DNA of 64,000 nt from a virus (IMGVR_UViG_3300042565_001021:32001-96000); one strand, 5' to 3'. Counted from the stretch's first letter, positions 39,823 through 50,376 are shown. Notes: generated from the letters alone by a model not told the origin. A program made the numbers and translations.

Positions 39823-40440
39823 TTAATGCCGCACCTCGTAAACTACTTCAAAATCTTCGCATTCCAAAAACATCTGGGGTGTTGGTTTTGGATTTTCGGA
39901 TACCATTTTTTCGAAAGATCTAAATCTGGTCTGATAATCATCAAGACCCCGTAAGGCACCGCGAATTAGCTCAACGCAACTGAGTGCCGAATCACTTGTT
40001 AAATCAAACAATGTATCGTATGGACGACCCAGATACCCTTTAGCCTGGTCCATAATCTGCGCCCAATGGTCGAGTGTGAGAGACTTTGGTTTTAGCAGGG
40101 CAACTGATCCACATTGGCCATTAAATACTTGGGCAAAGGTTGAGTAATGAACTCCTGAACGGGTAGCTTCGATCATTCGAAAGTCTGCGTCAGACCGAAC
40201 TTCGTCTTCTGTGTTCATTAGGACGTGACTGTAGTAGCCGCGCCTTCTAGTCTGTATCCAATGCGCTATAGCGATCGCGTAGGTCGAAAGGTGCCCGTTT
40301 TGTCTTGTGAGGACAATGTAGTAGCTATCAACTAACATTCCTCTAACTGTTTCAATTTCTGTTTCAGTAAGAACCTTATCGGTTTTCCACGAAATAGATC
40401 CTACCCAAGTTACGATTTTACTTATTAAAGATGAAAACAT
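39823..40440 (-). CDS. Permuted papain-like amidase (YaeF/YiiX, NlpC/P60)
   Basis: YSH...IEA...GRPYD...LSCVELI, with His before Cys. Confidence 0.8.
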   Translation of the reverse strand: MFSSLISKIVTWVGSISWKTDKVLTETEIETVRGMLVDSYYIVLTRQNGHLSTYAIAIAHWIQTRRRGYYSHVLMNTEDEVRSDADFRMIEATRSGVHYSTFAQVFNGQCGSVALLKPKSLTLDHWAQIMDQAKGYLGRPYDTLFDLTSDSALSCVELIRGALRGLDDYQTRFRSFEKMVSENPKPTPQMFLECEDFEVVYEVRH

Positions 40441-40481
40441 AGTTACTTCTCCGTCTGTAACTATTTACCGAAAAGCTAGTC

Positions 40482-40517
40482 AAAAAAATAGAGCCACTTA
40501 ATTCGCGGCTCTATTTT
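40482..40517 (-). terminator. Intrinsic terminator
   Basis: AAAATAGAGCC...GGCTCTATTTT; U-tract on the minus strand. Confidence 0.7.
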
Positions 40518-40518
40518 G

Positions 40519-41355
40519 TTACAGGATGAAATGCGCGTCTGGATTCCAGCCAGTCATTTCGGTACCGTAGCTGCTTTGGTAGCCACGTGGGTTACACAGA
40601 ACGCGGGTGTAATCGCCAACCATGTAATCCATAACCGAATGTACGTGCCCGTGGATCCAATACTTGATGCGCGGGTTGTCTAGAATGAAATCATCCAACC
40701 GGCTGTGGTAGCCACCGTTCATCAGGAACTGGTCTCTATACCTGTTATCAACGCTCTGTCCAGTTGGCGCGTGGTGCGTAATCATAACCACCGTCTTGTC
40801 GATGTTGTGCGGGTTGTCCAGAATAATCTTGAAGTACTGGAGCGAGCGAACATGCTCGTTAATCGCATCGTGCGGCGTAAAACGAACATACTCGGTTGGC
40901 GTCCGAATCTTCTTAATCACCTCGAAGTCGTTCATACCGTGCTTAACGGCATGCACGGTAAGCGGATCACCACGGTTCATATCGGTCCAAAGTGTAGCAC
41001 CGACGAACAGCACGTTGTCCAGTTCGAAGCAATCATTTTCCATGATGCGGAAATTGTCCGGCAGCTCCTTGCGCATACGAGCATGGGTCTTTTCAAACGC
41101 CATGCGGTAATGCTCGTGGTTGCCAGCAATCATAAGGACATGCTGATACTTCTTCTCGCACTCCTCAATGAAGAATTGGTTGATCCGGCCCTTGTTGCTG
41201 ATCTTAATTCCGGTGCCGTGCTGATCGGGCTCGTACTTCTTCATCTCCTTTGCTTCGCAAGTATCGCCTGCAAGGATAAGAATGTCGCCGCCAGGCAGCG
41301 TTGGGTTAGTCTTCCCAACGTCCAAATGTAGATCTGAGCAATAATTGATTTTCAT
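40519..41355 (-). CDS. Calcineurin-like metallophosphoesterase
   Basis: SDLH, AGD, GNHE, THHAP, HGHVH; probable start 41355. Confidence 0.92.
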   Translation of the reverse strand: MKINYCSDLHLDVGKTNPTLPGGDILILAGDTCEAKEMKKYEPDQHGTGIKISNKGRINQFFIEECEKKYQHVLMIAGNHEHYRMAFEKTHARMRKELPDNFRIMENDCFELDNVLFVGATLWTDMNRGDPLTVHAVKHGMNDFEVIKKIRTPTEYVRFTPHDAINEHVRSLQYFKIILDNPHNIDKTVVMITHHAPTGQSVDNRYRDQFLMNGGYHSRLDDFILDNPRIKYWIHGHVHSVMDYMVGDYTRVLCNPRGYQSSYGTEMTGWNPDAHFIL

Positions 41356-41393
41356 AGCCTTAATTATACTATCTTTTTTGGTTTTTGTCAACC

Positions 41394-41422
41394 AAAAATA
41401 AGGGCGTTGCCGCCCTTATTTT
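41394..41422 (-). terminator. Intrinsic terminator
   Basis: AAAATAAGGGCG-TTGC-CGCCCTTATTTT. Confidence 0.8.
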
Positions 41423-41448
41423 AAGCTTCGATTGTTTAATCCTAAAGA

Positions 41449-41691
41449 TTATAGATCGTAGTGAGCGCGTGAACCGAGCTGATCGCGAGCAGTCATACGG
41501 AATGCGCCTGCTCCACGATAGTTCTTGCGGCTTAGAACATTGAGACCAACCTGACGTAGCTCATGAATGCGAGCACGTAGGTTCTTAATGCCAAACTGTG
41601 AACGTGCCTGAGCAACGGTTAATTCACGGCCTGTACCACGCAGATACTCTTGTAAAAACTCGTTTTGGGTCATGTTGTTATTTCTTACCAT
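41449..41691 (-). CDS. Small winged-helix/HTH DNA-binding protein
   Basis: LTVAQARSQFGIKNLRARIHELRQVG. Confidence 0.7.
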   Translation of the reverse strand: MVRNNNMTQNEFLQEYLRGTGRELTVAQARSQFGIKNLRARIHELRQVGLNVLSRKNYRGAGAFRMTARDQLGSRAHYDL

Positions 41692-41884
41692 CTTTTAGTT
41701 CTCCTATATAGTTGCTGCTTATTCAGCAGCATTTATACATTATGCGCTATTGCCGTTGCATAGTGCAAAACATTTGGTTAAATCAGTTTGGTTAGATCGC
41801 CCAAATCATTTGTTAACTTTTTTCATTATAAGGCGTTATTTGTATGTAGGCCTACAAACTTACACTAACCTTAAGGAAACCAAA

Positions 41885-42157
41885 ATGAACAAGATTATGA
41901 TTGTTTTACTTGCTGCTGTTTCTATGTCCGCTTTTGCTGCTGATGCTGCTAAGGCACCTGCTGCTCCTGCTGTTGCTGCTGCTCCTGCTGTTGCTGCTGC
42001 TCCTGCTGTTGCTGCTGCTCCTGCTGCTAAGGCAGAAGCACCAAAGGCTAAGGCAAAGCCTGCTAAAAGCAAAAAGGCAGCAAAGAAGCCAGCAGCAAAA
42101 ACTCCTGCTCCTGCTCCTGCTCCTGCCGCAGCGCCCGCCGCTGTTCCTGCTAAGTAA
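41885..42157 (+). CDS. Exported Ala/Pro/Lys-rich small protein
   Basis: AAGGA SD; signal peptide ending AFA; APAVAA repeats. Confidence 0.75.
   Translation: MNKIMIVLLAAVSMSAFAADAAKAPAAPAVAAAPAVAAAPAVAAAPAAKAEAPKAKAKPAKSKKAAKKPAAKTPAPAPAPAAAPAAVPAK
41963..42025 (+). repeat. 18-bp tandem repeat (3.5 copies)
   Basis: GCTCCTGCTGTTGCTGCT units at 41963, 41981, 41999. Confidence 0.9.
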
Positions 42158-42300
42158 TATTGAAGAAGAATTCTACGAAGACGATGACTTACTGCATGTC
42201 AATAACACACATCAAGCCAGAGTCAAGGATGACCTCAGCAACAAGGTTAAACTTAGATTGTTGATGGCACGTAGATTAGCATTACAGGCGTATGACAAAA

Positions 42301-42326
42301 CATGGACCTAAGGGTCCATGTTTTTT
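42301..42326 (+). terminator. Intrinsic terminator
   Basis: CATGGACC-TAAG-GGTCCATG-TTTTT. Confidence 0.8.
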
Positions 42327-42570
42327 ATCTGACGAATTTGCTTTGTAAGACAAGGAAAATAATTTCGGCTTCGGTTGGCTCGGCGTTAAGAAGTTTAATA
42401 AACCTTACCTTTTGCTTACAATTAGAATCTTCTTCAAAAATTAAATTAGAAGAATATTGAAGCATCAGAGGAATTCGATCACGATCTGTAAAACTATAAA
42501 TTCCGGCAGGATAAAAGTTATTGCCAAGAGGACCAGTATAAGTAGCCTGTACGGTTCTAACGTAGATCAT
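42325..42570 (-). CDS. Hypothetical protein
   Basis: 81-aa coupled ORF. Confidence 0.5.
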   Translation of the reverse strand: MIYVRTVQATYTGPLGNNFYPAGIYSFTDRDRIPLMLQYSSNLIFEEDSNCKQKVRFIKLLNAEPTEAEIIFLVLQSKFVR

Positions 42571-42779
42571 ACCTTCGTTAGCGTAAATGTTCCGTCGCCG
42601 TTATCTGACCAGTTAATGTCGTCGCCTTCTTGCCAACCAACTCGTTCCATCATGTCGAGCGGAAAGATCAGATAGCATTCACCGTCGGCATCTTCTTGAA
42701 CTGTTGCTGTCCAAGTTTTTGGTCCGTCTTCGAGAATGTCCCACACCTTTTGTTGGTCGTTAAGCATTTGGTCGGCCAT
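42567..42779 (-). CDS. AbrB/MazE-like swapped-hairpin protein
   Basis: LIFPLDMMERVGWQEGDDINW. Confidence 0.65.
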   Translation of the reverse strand: MADQMLNDQQKVWDILEDGPKTWTATVQEDADGECYLIFPLDMMERVGWQEGDDINWSDNGDGTFTLTKV

Positions 42780-43011
42780 TTTGCTCTTTCTTTAAAGCAT
42801 CCCAGGTTGCGCACTTAGAAATAACTTCTCCTAGTTCTGGTGCCATGTTGAGATTGAATACTTGTTGTTCAAATGGCTGCTTATATACCAGGGCATCTGA
42901 CCCAGGCATAAAGAACTTAACTACGCCAGTTAGATACATTGTGTTCCGTTTGAAGTCCATGCTCAATGATAGAACTTCTACTACAGACTTGAGCTCAAAA
43001 CTAACTTCCAT
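42760..43011 (-). CDS. Hypothetical protein
   Basis: 83-aa ORF. Confidence 0.55.
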   Translation of the reverse strand: MEVSFELKSVVEVLSLSMDFKRNTMYLTGVVKFFMPGSDALVYKQPFEQQVFNLNMAPELGEVISKCATWDALKKEQNGRPNA

Positions 43012-43012
43012 G

Positions 43013-43156
43013 TTATTTGTCCCATTCGATTTGGCAAAAGGTTACGGCAAGGGCCTGTAACATAAGACAAAGCGCAGTCGGAATCCATCCACCGTATGCT
43101 AACACTATCAAAGAAACAATAGCATTACATAGGTACGCATAATACAGAGGCCTCAT
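43013..43156 (-). CDS. 47-aa membrane peptide (not in ORF track)
   Basis: MRPLYYAYLCNAIVSLIVLAYGGW...; ATGA overlap; fills the gap exactly. Confidence 0.55.
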   Translation of the reverse strand: MRPLYYAYLCNAIVSLIVLAYGGWIPTALCLMLQALAVTFCQIEWDK

Positions 43157-43431
43157 TTCTTTATCTCCCATTCGTATGGTTCGCGTTCTTCTTCGTGGCT
43201 CTCGCTTAGGTCAATCCAGGTCCGTTCTCCTGCCGGATGACCCATCGTAAATTCAAGCAGCTTGTCTTCGCGGTAAGCGCGACGGATATATTCGTGGCCG
43301 CCATCTACGCTTAGGTTACCGCACTTGCATGTTCGGAAATCGTGACCATACAGTGATTCAATGATGTCTCCACACAGCAGACACTGAGCCTTGTTTACAG
43401 TAACGACAGTACGGTAGAACTTATTCTCCAT
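43153..43431 (-). CDS. Zn-ribbon protein
   Basis: CLLCGD...HDFRTCKCGNLSVDGG. Confidence 0.7.
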   Translation of the reverse strand: MENKFYRTVVTVNKAQCLLCGDIIESLYGHDFRTCKCGNLSVDGGHEYIRRAYREDKLLEFTMGHPAGERTWIDLSESHEEEREPYEWEIKK

Positions 43432-43433
43432 TT

Positions 43434-44786
43434 TTACATCCCCCTGAATACTTTACCGGAAATTCCCGTGGTACCGTCGGTTACAACAATACGGAACATT
43501 TCGAGATCTTCAAACTTGAAGGCTGTCGTAGTTACACGATCGCGCCGTTCTTGCCTGCCGTAGATCGAACCACTGTATGATGTAGTATGCTTGATCTTTA
43601 CCTTGTTGTCAACCAGCATATCTTCGATCTCGGCTAGGGTTGCGTCGTAATCATATTGGCAAGTTACGTCGTTATACTTCCCGTTGTCGCCACGCATCGC
43701 AATATACATCTTTCCATCGTGCCTAGCAATGATTGGGTCAGTGCTGTAAGAACCCACCCGTGGCCACATCGGTCCTACAATCTTCTCGCCGAGCGGTTCC
43801 AGCGTTGTGGTTATCTTGCTCATATCGATCTTAGTCGGAGACACAAGGATTACGTTGCCTACGTCGTCAATACCAACGTCCCGGCTAAGCTCAGCAGTTA
43901 CGGTCTTTGCTACCTCCAGCTTAGACAACGGGGTAGGAATCTTGTCAAGGATCGCTACCACCTTAGGTGAAGCGAGCGTAAAATACTGACCACCGTTAGC
44001 AGATTTGAACAAGTACTTGTCTGTCTGCTTGGTGTTGAATCTGTGAACTCCGGTGCCATAGGTGTAATAACGACTGCGACCGTCTTTAATCTCTTCTTCG
44101 TCAACCTCAAGGAAGAAGTACTTGCCCATGTAATAACATGTTTCGTATTTCCCGGCAATCTTGCTTGAGAGGAGCTCAATCTTGTCGCCTGGGTTGATAT
44201 CCTTTAGCGAAATCTTCGTGTTTACCTTCGTTGTCATTGCCGTGGCAGCGATAAACGGTTCAGAGGTCTCCGGTAGAAGGATGTTGTTTGCACCTTGCCG
44301 GCCCCAAACGCACTTGCCCTGGATAACGCCATTCACTATTGTGGAGCAGGAGAGCACACTCGCGAAGTTCTCGCTGCTGATCTCAAGATCGAAACCACGC
44401 GGGTCAGTAATGCGCCATTTCACATTACCGCCGCCGCCCCAGCCATAACGGCGAACTGACTTAGCAATCTGGAAGCCTTCGACTGGCACGTTGTCAAGGA
44501 TGCGCGGGTAGCAGTTAGCGATGAACAGCATACTGGCATCCCAATGCGTCACATTTGCTCCGTATCCACGATCGCCACCGCCTGTCACTGTGACATCATC
44601 GTCTTCGTTGATTTCTACTTTAACGCCGTGGCCATAAGCCCAGCTGTCTTGCGTTGATTTTCGTTTTTCAAACGCAGCGTCTTTCGTGTAAGGCGAAGCA
44701 AAGCCGAGTAGGCCATCTTCGTTGTTTGCGTCACCACGGTATTGAACGGTGGTGTAAAGCTTACGCGGAATAGTAGTTGTAACCAT
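43434..44786 (-). CDS. Hypothetical phage protein
   Basis: 450 aa; LGFASPY, ITDPRGFDLEISSEN, CVW. Confidence 0.75.
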   Translation of the reverse strand: MVTTTIPRKLYTTVQYRGDANNEDGLLGFASPYTKDAAFEKRKSTQDSWAYGHGVKVEINEDDDVTVTGGGDRGYGANVTHWDASMLFIANCYPRILDNVPVEGFQIAKSVRRYGWGGGGNVKWRITDPRGFDLEISSENFASVLSCSTIVNGVIQGKCVWGRQGANNILLPETSEPFIAATAMTTKVNTKISLKDINPGDKIELLSSKIAGKYETCYYMGKYFFLEVDEEEIKDGRSRYYTYGTGVHRFNTKQTDKYLFKSANGGQYFTLASPKVVAILDKIPTPLSKLEVAKTVTAELSRDVGIDDVGNVILVSPTKIDMSKITTTLEPLGEKIVGPMWPRVGSYSTDPIIARHDGKMYIAMRGDNGKYNDVTCQYDYDATLAEIEDMLVDNKVKIKHTTSYSGSIYGRQERRDRVTTTAFKFEDLEMFRIVVTDGTTGISGKVFRGM

Positions 44787-44893
44787 ATTATCCTCTAATT
44801 AAAAGTATATTAAATATTAACACATTAATTTACAATAGTCACTCCCACGCTTGTTCTTTTGTAAGAGCTGGTCTTTCGTATGGTCTGGCCAAT

Positions 44894-45850
44894 TTACCAC
44901 TCTCCTGTTTTACGTGTGATTTTGTTGATCCGTTCTTGAAGGTCGATTACGTGAGCCCGTTGGGCGCGACATTCATCTTCAAGGTCAATGATTCTTTGCC
45001 GCAAGCGTTCAATCGTACCTGCTGCTTCGTCGCACGTATCCGAAATTCGGTCAGGCTTGCCATCCTTAGTGCGGCCGATCTTACGCCGGATCTCTGACCG
45101 CAGTTTTAGTTTTTCGAGGATGTCTTGCTCCTCGAATGGTTTTTCATTCTTTGCCGTCATACACTTCCCAGTCGTGCTTCCTACAGTCCCAATGGCGGTG
45201 ATCGTAAATCTTAGCGTTCAACGTGTAGCCAAACAGATTGATTTCAAACGACGGGCCTGCGTGGTCACTGCCTTTCCAGTTGAGATCAACCGCAAGCTCG
45301 AGCACGTTGTAAGCGTAGCGAGAGAACTGAACCTCCCACGACTTGTTTTCGCAGATTGGTCCAGTAGTACAACCGAGATTCTCAAACTCGCCGTGCTTGA
45401 ACGGATTACGGATAGCAAACCAGATATTAATCATCCTTGGAACCCCTTAATAATTAATTCGCGCACGTTTTTCTTCCTTTGTTCTGTAGTCGAACCGGTG
45501 GCGTTTGCCGACCAGCCTGTAGAATTTCTTGTCCATTTTCTTGCCCAGCCACAACAGTGACAGGACAGTAACAGCGCCGATAGCAATGTCAGTTAGTGTT
45601 CTTTCAGTTGTTTGCTTTTTAGCCATTACAGCTTTTCTCCTGGAGTTATGTCAGCCCACTTCTTCCCGATGCGCCACGCTGACTCCGGAATAAACATTAT
45701 CGTTGAACCCAATCCTACTGCCATCGGGTTTGCCTTTTGCTCAGCGGCGTTGCTTACCTTTGCCGCTTCTTTTGCCTTTTGAAAAGTAGCAAGGTCCGGA
45801 AACCCAAACTCCTCAAAGTTCGTCCCGTCCAGTTTTCCTAAGTATTTCAC
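44894..45850 (-). other. Four small genes (44894-45160, 45144-45434, ~45447-45626, 45626-45850)
   Basis: Coupled minus-strand ORFs. Confidence 0.6.
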
Positions 45851-47256
45851 AGTTTCTCTCCCTTAGCAAAGCCGCGCCACGTCTTGAAGCGCGGGAACCT
45901 CATGCTCCAGTAATCGTTGTCGTCGGACTTAGTCAGCGCGTCTGCGCGGATCTCGCCAATGTCGCCAACGCAGCTCGGGCCGTTCGGCACTTCCGTTATC
46001 GTCTCCCACTTGCCCTTTACCTTCTTCTGCCAGGTAACCGGCTTGCCAGTGAAGTTCGCCCAAATCTGCGCACGTTGTTGAATGCTGTAACCACCACCGC
46101 AGGTGACCTTTACCTTCTTGCTGTCAACCACGCCTTCGAACACGATCGCGCCCATTGTGCCTTTGAACTTGCTGTCGGGCTTGCCTTCTTCGACATCGAC
46201 CGCAGTAAGCGACTCTTCGATGAACGGCTTCATCTTCATCCAGTTCAGCGAACGCTTACACTCGTACAGCGCCTCCGGATCCTTCAGCATAATGCCTTCG
46301 TACTTGCCCAGGAGCGCCAGTGCGTTGATTTCTAGCAACCGCGCCTTGCCTTCCTTAGTGTCCAGATCCACAAGTTCGGTGCCTACAACCGTTACGTTGG
46401 GCAGCTTGTCGCAGAATATGTTGGTGGACCAGTATATCAACGAAGCCGTGCGCGCCGCCTGCTTCTCGGTACTCTTGCCAGCTAAGAACTCGCTGAGTGG
46501 AAGGAAGTCAAACAAGTTGAGCACCGTGTCGTCTGCTTGGACGTCGGTCTTGCGCTTCGCTTGCTTCATCAAGTCCTGGAAGCTAGCGGACATCACTTCG
46601 CCGTCGAACACCATTGGATATCGGAGTTGCGACGCAATTGTCGCAAACTGCGATTTGATCTTTTCGAAGTTGAACAGCTCTTTGCCGTTGCGCGAATACT
46701 GGTTCACCTTGCCGTCGGGATAAACGATTGTGATGCAGCGCATGCCGTCAAGCTTGACGTCGATAATTTTCTTGCCGCACAGCAATTCCTCGGCTACGTT
46801 GCCTTCGTCGTCCACGCAGTCCTTAGCGAGCTGCACTTCGAACACCGGAATTGCGTATTTGGGGAAATCTTTTTCGCACACCTTGTTAACTGTGCTTTCG
46901 CTGAAGCCCGCCTTGAGGTCCTTTATAAGCACCAGGCGGTACCAGCCGTTCCATTCTTCGGTCGTTGCCAGTGCCATTGCTGCGCCAATTGCGTCCTGCG
47001 CAGCGTCACCAGTCAGCTTGCGCTCAGCAAGTTCCTGACACAGGTTGAAAAACATAGCAGGCGCAAGTCCAGGGCCGCTCTTCTTGCTTTCGGGCACCTT
47101 CTTCACTCCCAGTGTCAGCATCGGATCATACGCAATGCGAATGCCCCGGAACAGGTCATCATTGCCTGCTATGGCTTCTTGGAGCAGGAAGGTTTGTTTG
47201 GCCAGCTTTGAGTCGTTTGCTGTAATCTTCGCTAGCACAGTCCAGGGTTTGTTCAT
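45847..47256 (-). CDS. ATP-dependent DNA ligase
   Basis: KLDGMR, SRNGK, FDGEV, FDFLP, EGIMLK, WMKMK, RFPRF; start MNKPW after AAGGA. Confidence 0.95.
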   Translation of the reverse strand: MNKPWTVLAKITANDSKLAKQTFLLQEAIAGNDDLFRGIRIAYDPMLTLGVKKVPESKKSGPGLAPAMFFNLCQELAERKLTGDAAQDAIGAAMALATTEEWNGWYRLVLIKDLKAGFSESTVNKVCEKDFPKYAIPVFEVQLAKDCVDDEGNVAEELLCGKKIIDVKLDGMRCITIVYPDGKVNQYSRNGKELFNFEKIKSQFATIASQLRYPMVFDGEVMSASFQDLMKQAKRKTDVQADDTVLNLFDFLPLSEFLAGKSTEKQAARTASLIYWSTNIFCDKLPNVTVVGTELVDLDTKEGKARLLEINALALLGKYEGIMLKDPEALYECKRSLNWMKMKPFIEESLTAVDVEEGKPDSKFKGTMGAIVFEGVVDSKKVKVTCGGGYSIQQRAQIWANFTGKPVTWQKKVKGKWETITEVPNGPSCVGDIGEIRADALTKSDDNDYWSMRFPRFKTWRGFAKGEKL

Positions 47257-47272
47257 GTCGTAGTCCTTATTT

Positions 47273-47312
47273 AATAAAGCTATTATACAGCCAAACGGCT
47301 CAAATGTCAACC
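47273..47312 (-). promoter_or_regulatory. Early sigma70 promoter
   Basis: TTGACA(47305-47310)-N17-TATAAT(47282-47287)-AGCTTTATT. Confidence 0.8.
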
Positions 47313-49495
47313 ACTGTTTTCTTCATTATTCCGCCATATTTTAGCAAGAATATCGTTTCGTCTGCTGGGTTATTCCAGCAGCCATGGAGGTTGATGTTAG
47401 ACTTTAAAACTTCTGTAACCAAATTGAAGCACGTCATGTGATCGTATACGTCTAGGTGCCTACACTTCCTAACCATAAACTTCTTGCGTATTAAGTTGTA
47501 GGCGATAATCGTATCGGCTCTTCCTATAATGTTTAGGTGGCGTATTACAGGAGTAGGCAGCGGATCACCTCTGGGATAAGAAGCAAAAACAAGATACTCC
47601 TCGTCACGCCAGACTAACATGGTTATTCTCTTTCAGCAGGTCGAATACGTGCTGCTTGGCTGCGGTGATTGCAGCTTGCATGAATACTACGTGTAGCAAA
47701 AAGACTGTGCCAATTACAAACCAACCTTGCCAAACAAATATTAAAAGGCAGGCGGTGTCAAAAGTAACGTCGATTATCCGCCAATACTTAGGAGGTAATG
47801 TTTCTGGTTTAGCCGCCAACGCTTTCCACACTGCCGGGACCAACGCCGCGCAGGAGACAATAAACAAAAACCAAACGTAAAACATAACCAAGTTAGCTGC
47901 ACCTTGGACTTGTTCGGCGAACGCAAAATACATCGCAGTTGCGAACAAGCCGTTGGTGCCAGACCAGTAAAAGAATCGTTTCATTTTGTTACTCCTGTAT
48001 CTTTTCGTCCTTGTTTCCGACCTGCGTCGTATGCTGACTTCACTATGCGTTGAAGCAAAGACAAGTCTGCCGGGTTGCTAAAAAATCTATTAGCGAGCTT
48101 GTGGTAAAGGACACTGCCAACCAACCAATCCGAAAAGTTCATATTGCCTCCACATGTTTGCACTTGCTGCGGAACGTAAATCCCTGGCAGGTACAGGTTT
48201 TGTTTACAGGATCAACGTAATACGTTTCGCCCTTGCTGCCTTTAACAGTTACGAGCGTAGGATCCGTCTCGACCACTCTCGCCTCGAAAAGGTTTTGCAC
48301 CTTCTCAAACTTGCGGCCGCGCTTGTCGATTTGCATCGGCTTGGTGAAGTAGGTAACCTCGCCTTTGAAGTTACAAAATGCGAAGCACTTGTCACCTTCA
48401 AGCAGATAAACGCCGGTCGGAGTAGCGTCTTTCCATTGCGTGATTTCGCGGAATGCTTCGGCCATTTTATTTTGCCTTAAAGGAACTACACTTACCAGTT
48501 AAATTCAAGCAAACAAGATTCTTGCGATTCTTGTCGCACTCCAGATACGTCCAAAACTTCTCTGGATCCGGGACCTTAGGTAACAAACTAACATCACCTT
48601 TGTATGTTCCCGACCAGTCGCGAAAAGCATACCCGTCGGCATATTTCCGAACACCGAACTGGCAATCATCGCAGGATACCAGATTAGCCATTTTGGAAAA
48701 CTCCGTACTTGAGAAGCATCATCGCGTATGCTCCTGGGTTGTTAGGTTCTTTGTAGCAGTTGTGACTAATTAGATCGTAGCAGCTCGAGCAAAAGAATCC
48801 AGTAATGCCAAAGTAATCACGGCATGACCACCATTGGCTACCGCGTACATACCGGTTCGGCTTGCCGCAGTGGGTACAGGTCTCAGCCATATATGCCATA
48901 TCCTAAAAATCCAAACCCAGCAAAGCCGATGACCAAAAGCTTTTGCCGGAAGTATCGTGGCGTGCCGCGTGGCGCCGGAGTAATCTGGTTAACAATTTCG
49001 TCGCCTATTAGGAGCACAATAGAAAGTGTTACAAGGAAAGCGCCGAAGATAATAAGACCGGTTTTCATTTTTACACCTTTACTGGAGCAGTGGTTGTAGG
49101 AGTAAGCTCGACTTCGCCAACGAAGTAATCGCTCTGACTTCTCTTTTCGAGCCTCTTCAGTTCCTTTGCTTTCTTCTCTGCAAACGAAAACGTGGCCCAT
49201 GTCATGGCAAGTTCGGGCGCCGGATACCAACACCCGGTAGATTCGCGATATTCAGTAACTCCGGTTGGCCGCACGACGCGGTAAATGTAAAAACGGCGAT
49301 GTGTGTTCATTTTTTGCTCAATTGCCCTTCGCGGTAAGAAACCAGGATTACCAATGCGGTGAACACTGGGCTATATCCTATCCACAGTAAGCTCATTCTC
49401 TCAACTGCATCGGGTTGATCGACATACTGCGCAAAGATAGCGACAGCAAGTAACACCCACGGCATAAAAATTGCTGCTAGTGCAGGGGCTCTCAT
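47300..49495 (-). other. Run of small early genes (membrane, Cys-rich and hypothetical proteins)
   Basis: Packed ORFs 47300-, 47604-, 47981-, 48467-, 48684-, 48883-, 49071-, 49307-. Confidence 0.6.
48139..48465 (-). CDS. SWIM zinc-finger protein
   Basis: GSKGETYYV...CTCQGFTFRSKCKH. Confidence 0.75.
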   Translation of the reverse strand: MAEAFREITQWKDATPTGVYLLEGDKCFAFCNFKGEVTYFTKPMQIDKRGRKFEKVQNLFEARVVETDPTLVTVKGSKGETYYVDPVNKTCTCQGFTFRSKCKHVEAI

Positions 49496-49938
49496 GTTAA
49501 ATACGATGCAGCAAGGACCACTTTTCCGTGGGTGTTAGCGAACCAAATGAAGTTTGACATGTAGCTCGGGTTTATAGGAAACTGGTCAAATTTCAGTGCC
49601 ATCCTCAGTAGCGACACAGTGAACAGTTCTTCTGCTATGACGGGCGGCAACTTAGTTGCTTTCAACATCAGTTCCTCGCCCGGCATATTAAGCAATGCCC
49701 AGACAGCGGCGTTATTTTCTTCAGTGACCTCCGGAACGCGGAAGTTCTCTTTCAGATGCGCTAGGACGAGGTCAAACTTTTTTGTGGCCTCAGCCTTATC
49801 GGTTATCCCGCGGCAGTCCTCGTACAGTTCCAGGGCGCGGGCATACTTATCAACCTGCCCGATGTTTGCGAATGCTGCCGGAGTTGCCGCAGCAGCCGCG
49901 AGCGCAGCAAGTGATTTTAGAAATCCACGACGGTCCAT
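49492..49938 (-). CDS. Protein with a twin-arginine (Tat) signal
   Basis: MDRRGFLKSLAALAAAAATPAAFA. Confidence 0.7.
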   Translation of the reverse strand: MDRRGFLKSLAALAAAAATPAAFANIGQVDKYARALELYEDCRGITDKAEATKKFDLVLAHLKENFRVPEVTEENNAAVWALLNMPGEELMLKATKLPPVIAEELFTVSLLRMALKFDQFPINPSYMSNFIWFANTHGKVVLAASYLT

Positions 49939-49965
49939 GTTTGGCTCCTGTTGTGTTTTGGTAGC

Positions 49966-50376
49966 TTAGGCAACAGCGCCAGCAGCAACAGCCGACTTGG
50001 TCGACACTGTGGAAAGCTTGTATTTCTTTTTGGCGCCCCAGGTCTGCTCCACGATGAACGGATACTTGTGTGCCTTGGCATTGTAGCCAACCACCTTCAC
50101 GCGGCCCAGCGACGGCACCACGTAAATCTTGTTCTCGTCGAACGCATTGCCCAGGATGTACTTGTAACGGCCCAGCGCCGCTTCCTTGGGACTCACCGGA
50201 GCAGACGCGCCAGTGGCGCCGCGCGCCACCCCTTCGATCTTGCAGCGGGCGGTCGTAGCGTCGTAGCGGATAATGCCAACTGTGAAATCCACGCCAGTTT
50301 TGGCAGCAACAAGGGCCAGCGCAGCTTCCAGTTCTTTGCGCAGGTTAGCAACAGCAGGCTTGGAAAGTGTGGTCAT
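49966..50376 (-). CDS. Hypothetical early protein
   Basis: GGAG SD; first gene after the promoter repeat. Confidence 0.65.
   Translation of the reverse strand: MTTLSKPAVANLRKELEAALALVAAKTGVDFTVGIIRYDATTARCKIEGVARGATGASAPVSPKEAALGRYKYILGNAFDENKIYVVPSLGRVKVVGYNAKAHKYPFIVEQTWGAKKKYKLSTVSTKSAVAAGAVA

Noticed and set aside
47257-47310. N-terminal extensions in the ORF track (DNA ligase; also 41356-41391, 54560-54646, 55830-55892)
   Set aside because: They run through promoters or upstream genes; downstream ATGs have an SD or the shared leader motif
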